A stretch of 64,000 bases of DNA from Promethearchaeota archaeon (lineage in GTDB: Archaea; Asgardarchaeota; Lokiarchaeia; Sigyniarchaeales; SOKP01), in the NCBI GenBank assembly GCA_048938895.1, contig JBHLLU010000018.1, forward strand, positions 1 to 64,000, given 5' to 3'. The first letter of the stretch is position 1; every line of letters starts with the position of its first letter. This document shows, piece after piece, positions 9,853-20,272 of the stretch. The notes beneath the pieces are model-generated. The model was not told where the DNA came from and did no database searches. It worked only from the letters and a program-made list of their open reading frames with translations. The position numbers were made by a program, and so were the translations under genes.

Positions 9853-10419
9853 TCATTTTGAGATGGTTTTAATAAACCTGGTCTTAAGTTGTTCCGGTTT
9901 TAATGGTACATTTTCTACTTGAGCATTACCTGGTAGAGTGTTGATTTTCACAAAATGACATCCTTTACCCAAATTTTTTAATAAGGGGATAATCTTGTCT
10001 TCATTAGAAATAGTAATTATAGATTTAAATCCTGCGCCTTTAGCTATAGTTTCTAAAGAAGTATTTTTGCTGGTATAGGTTTTCTGATTTCCAGTTGATC
10101 CATAAACCCCATTATCAATTACTATCAAAGTTAAATTATTAGGTTTGTTATTTGCTATGGTGCTTAGACTACCTAAGTTCATAAGTAAAGAACCATCACC
10201 ATCAATACACCACACCACTTTATTTGGTTTTGAAATTGCAATACCAAACGCAATGGATGATACTAATCCCATTGAGCCTAGCATATAAAAATTTTCATTT
10301 CTATCTTTAATGTGAAATAATTCTCTGGAGGGAGCACCAAGATTACAAACTAGAATTTCATCTCTAACAGACTCAACAATCCTACTAATTGCTTCAAACC
10401 TTTTCATACTATCTCCCAC
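9853..10419 (-). CDS. comE: Sulfopyruvate decarboxylase beta subunit (ThDP-binding)
   Basis: NLGAPSRELF, NFYMLGSMG, DGDGSLLMNLG...DNG ThDP motif; overlaps the alpha subunit gene. Confidence 0.85.
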   Translation of the reverse strand: MGDSMKRFEAISRIVESVRDEILVCNLGAPSRELFHIKDRNENFYMLGSMGLVSSIAFGIAISKPNKVVWCIDGDGSLLMNLGSLSTIANNKPNNLTLIVIDNGVYGSTGNQKTYTSKNTSLETIAKGAGFKSIITISNEDKIIPLLKNLGKGCHFVKINTLPGNAQVENVPLKPEQLKTRFIKTISK

Positions 10420-10922
10420 AATGTCTTCTTTAAAAGAATTCCTATAGGCATTTCAGATGATAAACTTTTATCTACTCCATTTTGTATCTCTGTTAAATCA
10501 TCTTTTGAATTAATGACAAATTTTTCAATTTTCAATAAATCAAGTAGATCTGGTGTTAGTTCCCCCATAGGTTTTTGTGCCAATATTTTCTCACCCTCAG
10601 CGCCTCTGTGACTCATAATAAAAATTACAGGAATTTTATATAATTGTAAAAGTGACTTAATCGCATTTATTGAATTGCCAAGACCTGAGTTTTGCATTAA
10701 AATTGCTGGAATTTTTCCTCCTAAATATGCACCAGCTGCTATGCCTACACCTTCTTCTTCTCTTGTAACAGCAATATGGTCAATTTCTTTCTTTTCTTCT
10801 ATGAGTTGTAATACTCCCTTGAGCATAATGCAAGGTACTGATAGAATTAAATCAATTTTTGTTTTTTTAATAGCTTCATATAAAAATATATCTGCATTCA
10901 TTATGCATTTTAATGATTTCAT
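10404..10922 (-). CDS. comD: Sulfopyruvate decarboxylase alpha subunit
   Basis: SVPC, TREEEGVGIAAGAYLGG, MQNSGLGNSINA, SHRG..GE. Confidence 0.85.
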   Translation of the reverse strand: MKSLKCIMNADIFLYEAIKKTKIDLILSVPCIMLKGVLQLIEEKKEIDHIAVTREEEGVGIAAGAYLGGKIPAILMQNSGLGNSINAIKSLLQLYKIPVIFIMSHRGAEGEKILAQKPMGELTPDLLDLLKIEKFVINSKDDLTEIQNGVDKSLSSEMPIGILLKKTLWEIV

Positions 10923-11002
10923 AATTTTAAGAAGCTAGATTTTTTCATAAAACTACCAACCATTAAAAAAATTTAATTAGACTTAGTGATTACAAATTTT
11001 AT

Positions 11003-11392
11003 GTGATTATATCTTTTAAGGTGATTATTACCATTATCGAAATAATAGCATCAATATATACCATTATAATCGGAATAGCAATGCTTTGCATGTGGATTTT
11101 TTTATTAGGGAAGAAAGAGGTGCCAGAACTCTCAACTAAGCCAACACAAATAACTTTTCATCTTATCGCTGAATTTCTGACCTCAATTATTCTAATAATC
11201 GGGGGATTTGGGATGTTCACTAATCAACCCTGGGGATCTGTATTATTCTTTATTTCTATAGGGATGATAATTTATTCTACTATCAATGCTGCGGGATTTT
11301 ATGGAGAGTTAAAAGATTGGCCGATGTTTATTATGCTTCTAGTATTTACAATTGTTTCACTTTTATTTGCTATATTATTAGTATTTATCTAA
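11003..11392 (+). CDS. Hypothetical 4-TM membrane protein
   Basis: Four hydrophobic helices, FHLIAEF motif; the true start may lie a few codons downstream, after the GGTGA at about 11020. Confidence 0.7.
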   Translation: MIISFKVIITIIEIIASIYTIIIGIAMLCMWIFLLGKKEVPELSTKPTQITFHLIAEFLTSIILIIGGFGMFTNQPWGSVLFFISIGMIIYSTINAAGFYGELKDWPMFIMLLVFTIVSLLFAILLVFI

Positions 11393-11414
11393 TATCAAAT
11401 TCTATAAGAAAGCA

Positions 11415-12620
11415 TTAAAATACATCGCGTTTTTTAAAATCTCGAATATTTTGATCACTATACCCAAGATTTCTTAGAATCTCTTCATTATTTTGACCTG
11501 GTTTAGGTGCGATACTTCTGGGTTTTAATGGCGTCCGAGAATATTTTATAGGTGAGGCTACATATTGTATTTTTCCAAATTTAGGATGAGGCATTTCTAT
11601 TACCATTTTACGAGCTTTTATTTGAGGATCCTCGCAAGCTTCTGCGAAAGATTTTACAGGCATTACACAAGCATCAAGATTTATAAAAATATTCATCCAT
11701 TCCTTTTGTGTTTTCTTTGAGATTTCATTTTGGATTTCTAGAAAAACTTGTTCTTTTCCTTCCCCTTGCTCAAATTGTCTTGGTAATAAATCTTCACGTC
11801 CCAACCCTTTGCAAAACTCTCTCCAAAATTTTACTTCTATAATTCCAACAGATAAAAACTTATCATCTTTGGTTTTATAAACATTATAAAAAGGAAAATC
11901 TCCATGTAAAACATTTATACCCTCTCCTTGATCTTTAGCAAAATAATATGATGCAACAAGAGGCATAAAGGAAAAAACAGAATCTGTCATTGATATATCT
12001 ATAAATTGACCTTTTTTATCACTATTGTTATCTCTTTCTATTATTGCACCTAATATACCTATTGCTGTTACCAGTGCACCTCCAATATCTGCAGCTTGAA
12101 CTCCTGGATTTATGGGTGTTCTTATTTGTCCTTCTCTTCCATAGACTTTTCTTTCCTTTGTCATGTCCAAAATACCACAAATACCTATATAATTAAGATC
12201 ATGACCAGCTATTTGTTCATAGGGGCCATTTTGCCCATAACCAGTTAAAGAGCAACAGATTATTGAGGGATTAATTGAGGCTAAAGTCTTATAATCTATA
12301 CATAATTTTTCCATTACTTTCGGTCGAAAAGTATCAAGTACAACATCGGCTTTTTTAACTAGCTTATAGAAAATTTCTCTTGCTTCAGGTTTTTTCAGAT
12401 TTAGAGTTATAGATTTTTTGTTTCTCATCAAAATAGAATGAAACGCACTTTCACGATAACTTCCTTTTTGGTAAAAAGGAGGAGGATTATCATAAACATA
12501 ATTAGGCATTTCTACACGGATAACTTCAGCCCCAAGATCACCTAAAATCATAGAACAATAAGGACCGGGTAACATTCGGCTTAAATCAATAATAACTTTA
12601 CCTTCTAAAGGCAATGACAT
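11415..12620 (-). CDS. Class III CoA-transferase (CaiB/BaiF, AMACR-like)
   Basis: DLSRMLPGPY, LGDLGAEVIRVE, RNKKS, FRP, TGYGQNGPY, GHDLNY, AD catalytic Asp. Confidence 0.93.
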   Translation of the reverse strand: MSLPLEGKVIIDLSRMLPGPYCSMILGDLGAEVIRVEMPNYVYDNPPPFYQKGSYRESAFHSILMRNKKSITLNLKKPEAREIFYKLVKKADVVLDTFRPKVMEKLCIDYKTLASINPSIICCSLTGYGQNGPYEQIAGHDLNYIGICGILDMTKERKVYGREGQIRTPINPGVQAADIGGALVTAIGILGAIIERDNNSDKKGQFIDISMTDSVFSFMPLVASYYFAKDQGEGINVLHGDFPFYNVYKTKDDKFLSVGIIEVKFWREFCKGLGREDLLPRQFEQGEGKEQVFLEIQNEISKKTQKEWMNIFINLDACVMPVKSFAEACEDPQIKARKMVIEMPHPKFGKIQYVASPIKYSRTPLKPRSIAPKPGQNNEEILRNLGYSDQNIRDFKKRDVF

Positions 12621-12690
12621 AATAAATTAAAATTAGGAATTCATAATTAAATGTTTTCGATAAAATTTGAGAAAAAAAAAATTTAATTAA

Positions 12691-14115
12691 TTAAGAGAAA
12701 ACCTGTCTCCTCCTTCTTTCAATCCATGATATCTTTCCAGATTTACTCAATAGAAATATTTCAAATTCATTATTTTTCCAAATTATAATCCAAGAAGACT
12801 TTGCAAAAAAATTTATTGGATTCTTAATTAATTTCAAATCTTTAAGTACAGTCTGAGATTTAAAAAATTCAGGCATGAATTTGATATCTATTAAATCGGT
12901 TTGGTTTTTACCAATTGAGTTCTTTTGTGATTTGTAACTGTAGAAGAAGTCGAAAGGTGTGTTTGACAAATTATTATTTTCAACGTTAAAAAATTCAATG
13001 TTATTTAAATTCTCTATATTTTCTTTAATTGAAATTCTATTGAATCCAAGATACAAATGCTCTAATTGATTTAATATTTTTAATTGTTTAATTGCTGTTA
13101 TTTTATTGTTCCGAAGATCTAAAAATTTTAATTTTTTTAGGTGATCTAGCCCATTAATTTCAGAAATTTGATTATGACTTAGATCCAAAAATTCTAGATT
13201 AGTGAGATTATCAAGTCCTTTAATTTTAACTATTCTATTATTACTTAAATCTAATCTTTTTAAATTTTTAAGACTGTCCAGCCCTTTAATTTCTTTAATT
13301 TCGTTATTCCGCAGATTTAAAATTTCTAATTTTGATAGGTGATCTAAATTTTGTATTTCAGTAAGGCGATTATCATAAATCATCAGTGATTTCAAATTAG
13401 AAAGATTTTTAATTCCTTTAATCTCATGAATTTCATTATTATTAAGGTATAAGTATTCTAGATTTCTTAGATTTTCTAATCCTTTAATTTCTCTAATTTT
13501 ATTCCATTGAAGTTGTAAAGAATTTAGATTATTTAATTTATCCAAACCCTCTATTTCTGTTATTCTGTTAAAGTTTAAATTAAGTTTCCTTAAATTTGTT
13601 AAATTTTTCAAACCTTTAATTTTTAATATATTATCAATACTTCTACTGCTTAAATTAATAATTTGATAAACTCCAAAAGGAAAAAACAGCTTACCCTCAA
13701 AATTTATATATTCGATGGACTTCAATAATGATTTTAATTCAGGATTACCGGATTTTTCCAATGCTTTTATTATTAAAATATTACAAGATTCTGATTTTTC
13801 ATGTTTTAAAGCCCATTTAATGGGTTTTATTGCTTGCTCAGGGAAGTTTTTAATAATAATAGAGGCTGCGTTTCCTCTTACTAGTTCATTAAAATCAGAA
13901 ATTAACAGATTCTCAAGGAAGAAGTATATATTTTGGTCTTTAGAACCAATCAAACCTAAGAATTTAACACTCGAAATCCTACTATGAATATTTTTTTCAA
14001 TAGGATTTTCAATAACAGAAATTAATAGATCTGAAGCTTCACTTTTATCCAAATTCTTTTGTTTATAATTTTCATAAATTTCTTTTGGTGATATGGCTGA
14101 CATTCTATAGCTCAA
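12691..14115 (-). CDS. HEAT-like N-terminus plus SDS22-class leucine-rich repeat protein
   Basis: About 10 tandem 22-aa repeats LxxLxxLxLxxNxIxxIxGL; HEAT/PBS-like helices at the N-terminus. Confidence 0.9.
   Translation of the reverse strand: MSYRMSAISPKEIYENYKQKNLDKSEASDLLISVIENPIEKNIHSRISSVKFLGLIGSKDQNIYFFLENLLISDFNELVRGNAASIIIKNFPEQAIKPIKWALKHEKSESCNILIIKALEKSGNPELKSLLKSIEYINFEGKLFFPFGVYQIINLSSRSIDNILKIKGLKNLTNLRKLNLNFNRITEIEGLDKLNNLNSLQLQWNKIREIKGLENLRNLEYLYLNNNEIHEIKGIKNLSNLKSLMIYDNRLTEIQNLDHLSKLEILNLRNNEIKEIKGLDSLKNLKRLDLSNNRIVKIKGLDNLTNLEFLDLSHNQISEINGLDHLKKLKFLDLRNNKITAIKQLKILNQLEHLYLGFNRISIKENIENLNNIEFFNVENNNLSNTPFDFFYSYKSQKNSIGKNQTDLIDIKFMPEFFKSQTVLKDLKLIKNPINFFAKSSWIIIWKNNEFEIFLLSKSGKISWIERRRRQVFS
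12965..13625 (-). repeat. Degenerate 66-bp coding tandem repeat (LRR units)
   Basis: 22-aa periodicity in the translation, with recurring cctttaat/ttctagatt words; boundaries approximate. Confidence 0.75.
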
Positions 14116-14626
14116 TTATCTCTGCTTCCATTTTATCTGTATCTATAATAGCAAATGTCGATTTTCCTGTCAAATAACCACATAATTCTCCAGGATTTAA
14201 TACTATAACACCATTCTTATTTTTCTTATTAACTAAACTATGAGTGTGTCCAGTTAATATAATATCAAACGCCCCAGAATTAGCTAATGCGTTTATTGTT
14301 TCTTGTTTTGGCATATGAGATACAAATATTTTCTTTCCTCCTAATTCTAAAATTAATTCGTTTCCATTTTGAGCAAATGTACATATTTGACCTAAATTTT
14401 GCTTTAAAAATAGACGTTCCCCATCATTATTCCCAAATACCCCAAAAAAATTGCTCTTAACAACATCATCTAGTTGATCAAACCATTTTTTAACAAATGG
14501 AGCAACATAATCCCCACAATGTATAAGGGCGCCGGCTTTTTTTTCGTTTATAATTGAAACTGCTTTTAGAATATTATCCATATGATCATGACTGTCTGAT
14601 ATACATGCTATTTTCATCCTTAACAT
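14105..14626 (-). CDS. Calcineurin-like metallophosphoesterase, YfcE/MJ0936/Vps29 family
   Basis: SDSHD, HCGD, GNND, GHTH and NPG motifs. Confidence 0.92.
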   Translation of the reverse strand: MLRMKIACISDSHDHMDNILKAVSIINEKKAGALIHCGDYVAPFVKKWFDQLDDVVKSNFFGVFGNNDGERLFLKQNLGQICTFAQNGNELILELGGKKIFVSHMPKQETINALANSGAFDIILTGHTHSLVNKKNKNGVIVLNPGELCGYLTGKSTFAIIDTDKMEAEIIEL

Positions 14627-14715
14627 TCTCCTATAGTATAAAAATAATAGGAATTAGATATAATTAAATTCAATTATTATATGTTTTATATTAATACTAT
14701 TAATATGATTTTAAA

Positions 14716-15792
14716 ATGATAGAGGAATTCTTTAAAACCGAGAAAGCTCTTATTGACGGAGAACTAGAGAAATACTTTAATCAATTAAATAAAATTGAAA
14801 AAGATATTCTTCTCAAAGATTTTATTACTCAACTAAAAGAATTTATTTTAAATGCGAAGGCAAAAAGAATTCATCCTATTTTATTGAATGCTGCTTTTTC
14901 TGGCATTGTAAATCCAATGTATTGGGGAGATCAGATCGAGCAAATTCGAGAAGTTTCTATTGCGGTTGAGTTATTACATAGTGGGCATTTAATACATGAT
15001 GATCTATTAGATAATGATACAATGAGAAGAGAAAAACCCACTTTTCATATGCAGCTAAAAAATGAATTAAATCAAATATATAGGGATGTGAATGTTCCAA
15101 ATAAGGACGAGATTGTGAATCTATATGGAAGAGATATGTCAATTTTAGGTGGAATGCAAGGATATCTATTAGGATTAGATATATTGAAATCAGGTAAATT
15201 CCCAGAGCAAATTAAATTACTAGCTATCAACGAATATACACAAGCAATGGACTATTTAATGAAAGGGCAATTAATTGAAGAATACATGAATTATAATAAT
15301 ATTACAATGACTTTGGAACAATATCTAAATATTGCTGAATACCAAAGAGCAAGATTGTTTGAGAAATCCGCTAAAATTGGTGCAATCTTAGCTAAAGGTA
15401 ATATTCATTATCAGATTAAACCTTTAAGTGATGCATTATTAAGTATTGGGCAAGCTCATGCAATCAGAGATGATATTATAGATTTAGAAGATGATATTCG
15501 AGCAAAAAATAGATCCAAAATAGTGTATATTTTAGCAGTTCATAATACAGATGAGGAACAATCAAAAATTCTAAATGAATTATATCATAAGGAAACGCTA
15601 ACTAAAACTGATGTTAAAAATGTAAAAGATATTTTTACTCAAACAAATGCATTAATCATTGCAGAACATTTGGCTAAAAATTTAGTTGAACAAGCAAAAA
15701 ATAATTTAAAGGATATATATCCTGATCTTAATAAGAAACAAAAGATATTTTTTAATCAATTTTCTGATTTCGTCTATGAGAGAGAATTCTAA
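14716..15792 (+). CDS. Polyprenyl diphosphate synthase family protein (divergent)
   Basis: ELLH..HLIHDDLLDND..RR (FARM), GQ, RDDIID (SARM). Confidence 0.85.
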   Translation: MIEEFFKTEKALIDGELEKYFNQLNKIEKDILLKDFITQLKEFILNAKAKRIHPILLNAAFSGIVNPMYWGDQIEQIREVSIAVELLHSGHLIHDDLLDNDTMRREKPTFHMQLKNELNQIYRDVNVPNKDEIVNLYGRDMSILGGMQGYLLGLDILKSGKFPEQIKLLAINEYTQAMDYLMKGQLIEEYMNYNNITMTLEQYLNIAEYQRARLFEKSAKIGAILAKGNIHYQIKPLSDALLSIGQAHAIRDDIIDLEDDIRAKNRSKIVYILAVHNTDEEQSKILNELYHKETLTKTDVKNVKDIFTQTNALIIAEHLAKNLVEQAKNNLKDIYPDLNKKQKIFFNQFSDFVYEREF

Positions 15793-15809
15793 ATCATTCT
15801 CCTATTCCT

Positions 15810-16406
15810 TTAAGCAACAACATAAGGAATATGGAGTTTTCTTAACATTATATCATTTAATTCTTTAAAAACTTCTAAAACATTATAGTTTTCTAATGAT
15901 GATGTTCTATAAAATCCATCTAATTTATGAGCTTTTCTATATTCTTGAATTAAGGAATTTGGTACAATTTCTGAATTAGTCGTCTTATCAAGTAAATCAC
16001 TTTTACTCCCTACTAGAAGAATTGGTATTTCAGGATTCGATGCATATTTAATGATTTGATCATACCAAAAATCTAACTGATTGAACGTTAATCTCTTCAC
16101 TAAATCAAATACTAATAATGCTCCGTTAGCACCTTCTATGAATCTAGGAAGTAAGGGTTTGAAACGTTCTTGACCACCAAAATCAAAAATAGAATTAACA
16201 ACAAAATTTTCCTTTTGTTGGTTTGGATTTTCTTTTAGGTTAATTTTTATATGAACTGAATGAAAATTTATTCCAATTGTAGGTGATGTATCAAAATCAA
16301 ATGAATTAAAACAGTATCGATTGAAAAGGCACGTTTTTCCAACAGCATTTGCTCCACATATCACTATTTTAAAGCTATAAATAACATCTCTTCCATTATA
16401 TCCCAT
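15810..16406 (-). CDS. Rab-like small GTPase
   Basis: G1 GANAVGKT, G2 PTIG, G3 DFGGQERF, G4 SKSD, G5 TSSL. Start placed at ATG 16406, downstream of GGAGG (the ORF track extends to 16505). Confidence 0.9.
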   Translation of the reverse strand: MGYNGRDVIYSFKIVICGANAVGKTCLFNRYCFNSFDFDTSPTIGINFHSVHIKINLKENPNQQKENFVVNSIFDFGGQERFKPLLPRFIEGANGALLVFDLVKRLTFNQLDFWYDQIIKYASNPEIPILLVGSKSDLLDKTTNSEIVPNSLIQEYRKAHKLDGFYRTSSLENYNVLEVFKELNDIMLRKLHIPYVVA

Positions 16407-16532
16407 TGGTTTAAATCCTCCCATAAAAGTGAAAACGATATATTGATTTATTTGAAAAATTATTCCAAATTTAAATATATTATTTGAATAATCAAAACTG
16501 ACCACTATTAAAATATTAGAAACGCTATTATT

Positions 16533-18143
16533 TTAAAAACCTACAGCTTGACCATCCTTACGCCAATCTGATGCTCCCAAATAACCATTATCTAGCTGAT
16601 AAATAATTTGACCTCCACCGAATCTTGTATAATCTTTTTCAGATAATTTATGGCCTAATTGAGATAATTTAGAAATAACCTCCTTCTTGTGCCCCACTTC
16701 GAGATAGACATTTAACCCATGAGAAATCCGCCATCGTAGAGCATCAAGTGCCGTTTGGGGATTCTGATGATAATCGAAGAGACGAACCATTAATTGACAA
16801 TGTCCCTGTGGTTGCATAGATCCTCCCATAACTCCAAAGCTCATTAAAGGTTTACCCTTGCAAGTTACAAATGCAGGGATTATTGTATGGAAGGGGCGTT
16901 TATTTGGTCCAACTTGATTAGGATGTCCTTCTTCTAAAGAAAAGCCATTTCCTCTATTTTGAAGGCTAATTCCCGTTTTGGGAATAACAATACAAGATCC
17001 AAAACCAACATAATTTGATTGAATATAAGATACCATCATACCATCAGAATCTGCTGAGGTTAAATATACGGTGTCTTCCATCCTAGGAGATTTAACTTCA
17101 AAATTTTTGGCTTTGTTTAAATTAATCTCATCTGCTCTTTTTTTTAGGTAATTGGGATCTAAGAAATCTAAAGGGTCAAATTCTAACTCCTTTGGATCTG
17201 CAATATATTTATATCCATCAATAAACGCTATTTTCATTGCTTCAATTTCAAGGTGCATTAATTCACAGGAATCTAATTCTAATGAAACTAAATCGAAATT
17301 GTTGAGGATGCCAAGCATAATTAAAGCAGTTAGACCTTGACCATTCGGGGGGAGTTCGTGTAATGATACATTTCTATAATTCAATGAAAGTGGATCTTCC
17401 CATGTTGCTTCATGCTTCTCTAAATCTTCTTGTGATAAACTTCCTCCTGTGTTATTAGCATGTCTAATAATTTTTTTAGCTATTTCTCCATGATAAAAAG
17501 CATTACCCTCTGTTTCTGCAATTAATCTGAGTGTGTTTGCTTGATCGGGAGCTTTAAATAATGTTCCAGATTTTGGTGCTTTCCCATTTGGAAAAAATGT
17601 CTTGTAAAAATCAGAAAATCTTTCTTTAAAATTTGAAATGAATCGTTCGTACGAATCGAGTTGAGATTGCCATATTTTAGATGTTATCGGAGAAACTAGA
17701 AATCCTTTTTCAGCATACTTGATTGCGGGTTTAAATAACTCGCTAAAAGAAAGTCTACCATACTTTTTTGATAATTCAACCCATGCAGATACGGCTCCTG
17801 GAACAGTCACAGAGTCCCACCCAATTAATGGCATTTCTTTTCGATTAGAGAACCTTTTTGGATTCCAGGACTTTGGAGATCTTCCTGATGCATTTAATCC
17901 TATAAGCTTTTTTCCATCCCATAATAACGCAAAAGCATCACTACCAATTCCATTCATTGTGGGTTCAACGACTGTTAATGTTATTGCTGCAGCGATCGTA
18001 GCATCAATTGCATTTCCTCCTTTAAGGAGCATTTGAAGACCTGCCTGAGAAGCTAAAGGTTGAGATGTAGATACAATATTTTTAGCCAAAATTGGCATTC
18101 TTTGAGAGGGATACTTAAACTCCCATTTGAATTGTGGATTCAA
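16533..18143 (-). CDS. ggt: Gamma-glutamyltransferase family Ntn-hydrolase
   Basis: GGNAIDA, EPTMNGIGSD, TVPG, PPNGQG, DTVY catalytic Thr, LQNRG, RPFHTIIP, GVMGG.MQPQG. Confidence 0.93.
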   Translation of the reverse strand: MNPQFKWEFKYPSQRMPILAKNIVSTSQPLASQAGLQMLLKGGNAIDATIAAAITLTVVEPTMNGIGSDAFALLWDGKKLIGLNASGRSPKSWNPKRFSNRKEMPLIGWDSVTVPGAVSAWVELSKKYGRLSFSELFKPAIKYAEKGFLVSPITSKIWQSQLDSYERFISNFKERFSDFYKTFFPNGKAPKSGTLFKAPDQANTLRLIAETEGNAFYHGEIAKKIIRHANNTGGSLSQEDLEKHEATWEDPLSLNYRNVSLHELPPNGQGLTALIMLGILNNFDLVSLELDSCELMHLEIEAMKIAFIDGYKYIADPKELEFDPLDFLDPNYLKKRADEINLNKAKNFEVKSPRMEDTVYLTSADSDGMMVSYIQSNYVGFGSCIVIPKTGISLQNRGNGFSLEEGHPNQVGPNKRPFHTIIPAFVTCKGKPLMSFGVMGGSMQPQGHCQLMVRLFDYHQNPQTALDALRWRISHGLNVYLEVGHKKEVISKLSQLGHKLSEKDYTRFGGGQIIYQLDNGYLGASDWRKDGQAVGF

Positions 18144-18248
18144 AATAATGTCCTAATTTTCAAATAATTGTAATTTATAATAATAATATCTAAAAATTTA
18201 TCTTTTTTTTATTAATCTATATCCCACATAACTTTCTTATCAATAAAA

Positions 18249-19157
18249 ATGTATGAAACATCCCCTCCAGAGCAAATTATTATAAGACCTCCAGTTGAAG
18301 CTTATTCCGTTCATATTGCAGTTACAGGAGGATGTTCATGGAATAAATGTAGATTTTGTGGGACTTACAAGGGAATGTATGGATTTATCCAAGAATATTC
18401 ATTACGATCTTTGGAGGATATTAAAAAAGATATTGATCAAGCAGCTAAATATAATTATCATGGCTTCCCTGTATTTTTAGCGGGAGGAAATCCCACCTCA
18501 GCTCCCACGGATTATTTAGTTGATATTCTTAAGTATGTAAAAGTTAAACTAAAAAATATTCCACAAATAAGTTGTTATTCAAAAGCATTAGACATTTTAA
18601 GAAAATCCGATGAAGAATTACAAATATTAGCCGAAGCTGGATTAGATATTGTATATATGGGATTAGAAAGTGGTTCTAATACTATATTACGGTTAATGAA
18701 AAAGGGGACTAACGCTGAATCCTTCATAAAAGCGGGTAAAAGACTATTAAGTGCAGGAATTAAATTATCTCTTTATATCATTCTCGGTTTAGGAGGACAT
18801 AAGTATTCTGAAGAACATGTCAGAGAAACAGCTAGAGTTTTGACCGAAATAAATCCAACTATTTTTCGATTTCGAACATTAAATATTTCCCCTAGCATGC
18901 CACTTTGGGAAGATTTAGAGTCAGGAGAATTCACTTTATTAAGTCCTCTTGAAAACTTGAAGGAAGAAAGAGATATAATCGCAAATTTAGGAGAAAATGT
19001 CACTTCCCAAGTATTTAATGACCATATAAGCAATTATTGTTCAATAGAATCATCGAATATAAAAAAAGACAGAGAAATGTTTATTAGAACGTTAGACTCA
19101 TATTTAAATGACCCAATTATCAAAAACATGCCGCGTAAGAACCTAACGCGTATGTAA
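18249..19157 (+). CDS. Radical SAM protein
   Basis: RPPxEA..., CSWNKCRFC (CxxxCxxC), YMGLESG, ILGLGG. Confidence 0.92.
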   Translation: MYETSPPEQIIIRPPVEAYSVHIAVTGGCSWNKCRFCGTYKGMYGFIQEYSLRSLEDIKKDIDQAAKYNYHGFPVFLAGGNPTSAPTDYLVDILKYVKVKLKNIPQISCYSKALDILRKSDEELQILAEAGLDIVYMGLESGSNTILRLMKKGTNAESFIKAGKRLLSAGIKLSLYIILGLGGHKYSEEHVRETARVLTEINPTIFRFRTLNISPSMPLWEDLESGEFTLLSPLENLKEERDIIANLGENVTSQVFNDHISNYCSIESSNIKKDREMFIRTLDSYLNDPIIKNMPRKNLTRM

Positions 19158-19158
19158 A

Positions 19159-19656
19159 TCATTTAATTTCATCATCAATGGCTTTGAAAGATTTTTTATA
19201 TTGCATAACAGCATCTGCAAAATAATTATATAATTTTACAAGTTGATTATAACCCTTTTCATTTTCCAGAATTTCCTTATTCTTTTCCAATTCTTCCCGT
19301 AATTCTACCAATTCTTCTTCCCATTTAATCATCCTACTCAAAATACTTTTACTGAACTTAAGTAGTATCAAACCCGCAGATTCAGCAGTATATATTAATT
19401 TACCTTTTTCAGAAATCTTCTCTTTTTCTATTAATTTCATTTCCAAAAATCGATTTAATTCCTCTGAAACTTTCCCTGCTGATAATCCCGTTATCCTTTG
19501 AAGTGTTTTTTGAGTTAAGTGTTTTCTAGTCATAAATAAACCTAAAATCTTAATAAAATATGGATCTCGGCCAGCGAACATGGGTGTTGATTCGAGTAGG
19601 TTTAAAATCTCATCCTCTATTAAAAATACTTCAGGATCAAATACAATTTCACTCAT
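19159..19656 (-). CDS. GbsR/MarR-like winged-helix transcriptional regulator
   Basis: LTQKTLQRITGLSAGKVSEEL HTH plus wing, then C-terminal helices. Confidence 0.8.
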   Translation of the reverse strand: MSEIVFDPEVFLIEDEILNLLESTPMFAGRDPYFIKILGLFMTRKHLTQKTLQRITGLSAGKVSEELNRFLEMKLIEKEKISEKGKLIYTAESAGLILLKFSKSILSRMIKWEEELVELREELEKNKEILENEKGYNQLVKLYNYFADAVMQYKKSFKAIDDEIK

Positions 19657-19676
19657 TTTTTTTCTCTTAATTATAA

Positions 19677-20216
19677 TTACGTTTGTGGTAATGTTTTCTT
19701 ATAAAATCCTGGAAATACTTCCTTATAAAACTCAAATATCTCCAATAATTCACCTATTCTCTGAGCAAGGTGTTCAGCACCTTTTTTATTCAGTGATTTT
19801 AAATCTAAAAGTTGCTTTTTTTTGTTTTCCAAATAGACACCCATAGAAGTAAGACTATTCATCATCACATCTATGCCTCTTATTGTTAGTTCTGCAAGGT
19901 CTCCATAATATGAATACCGATATGTATGAGTTTTTGGAATTTTTTCTTTTTGAAGTCTACCCATACCTAGCATTACTGACAAAATTGTAGATATGGTACC
20001 CATTGATAAACCTGTAAGCTTTTTTAATTCTTTTTGTGTCAGAGAGCCATGGATTAATAAATAAGAGGATAATTGGAGCATATTGTTGTTCACTCTTTTA
20101 CGTGTACCGATATCTACAAAAAATTCTGCTAATTTATCTTCATATTTTTTTAATTTCTCACTAAAAAGGTATATCTTGCCCTTTGTCTCCTCTGTGTTAT
20201 CTTTATTCTCAGTCAT
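19677..20216 (-). CDS. GbsR/MarR-like winged-helix transcriptional regulator
   Basis: LTQKELKKLTGLSMGTISTIL HTH; paralog of the adjacent gene. Confidence 0.8.
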   Translation of the reverse strand: MTENKDNTEETKGKIYLFSEKLKKYEDKLAEFFVDIGTRKRVNNNMLQLSSYLLIHGSLTQKELKKLTGLSMGTISTILSVMLGMGRLQKEKIPKTHTYRYSYYGDLAELTIRGIDVMMNSLTSMGVYLENKKKQLLDLKSLNKKGAEHLAQRIGELLEIFEFYKEVFPGFYKKTLPQT

Positions 20217-20272
20217 TTCATATATATATAATATTCAAACAAAAATAAATATTTTCTCATTTCGAGCTTTGT

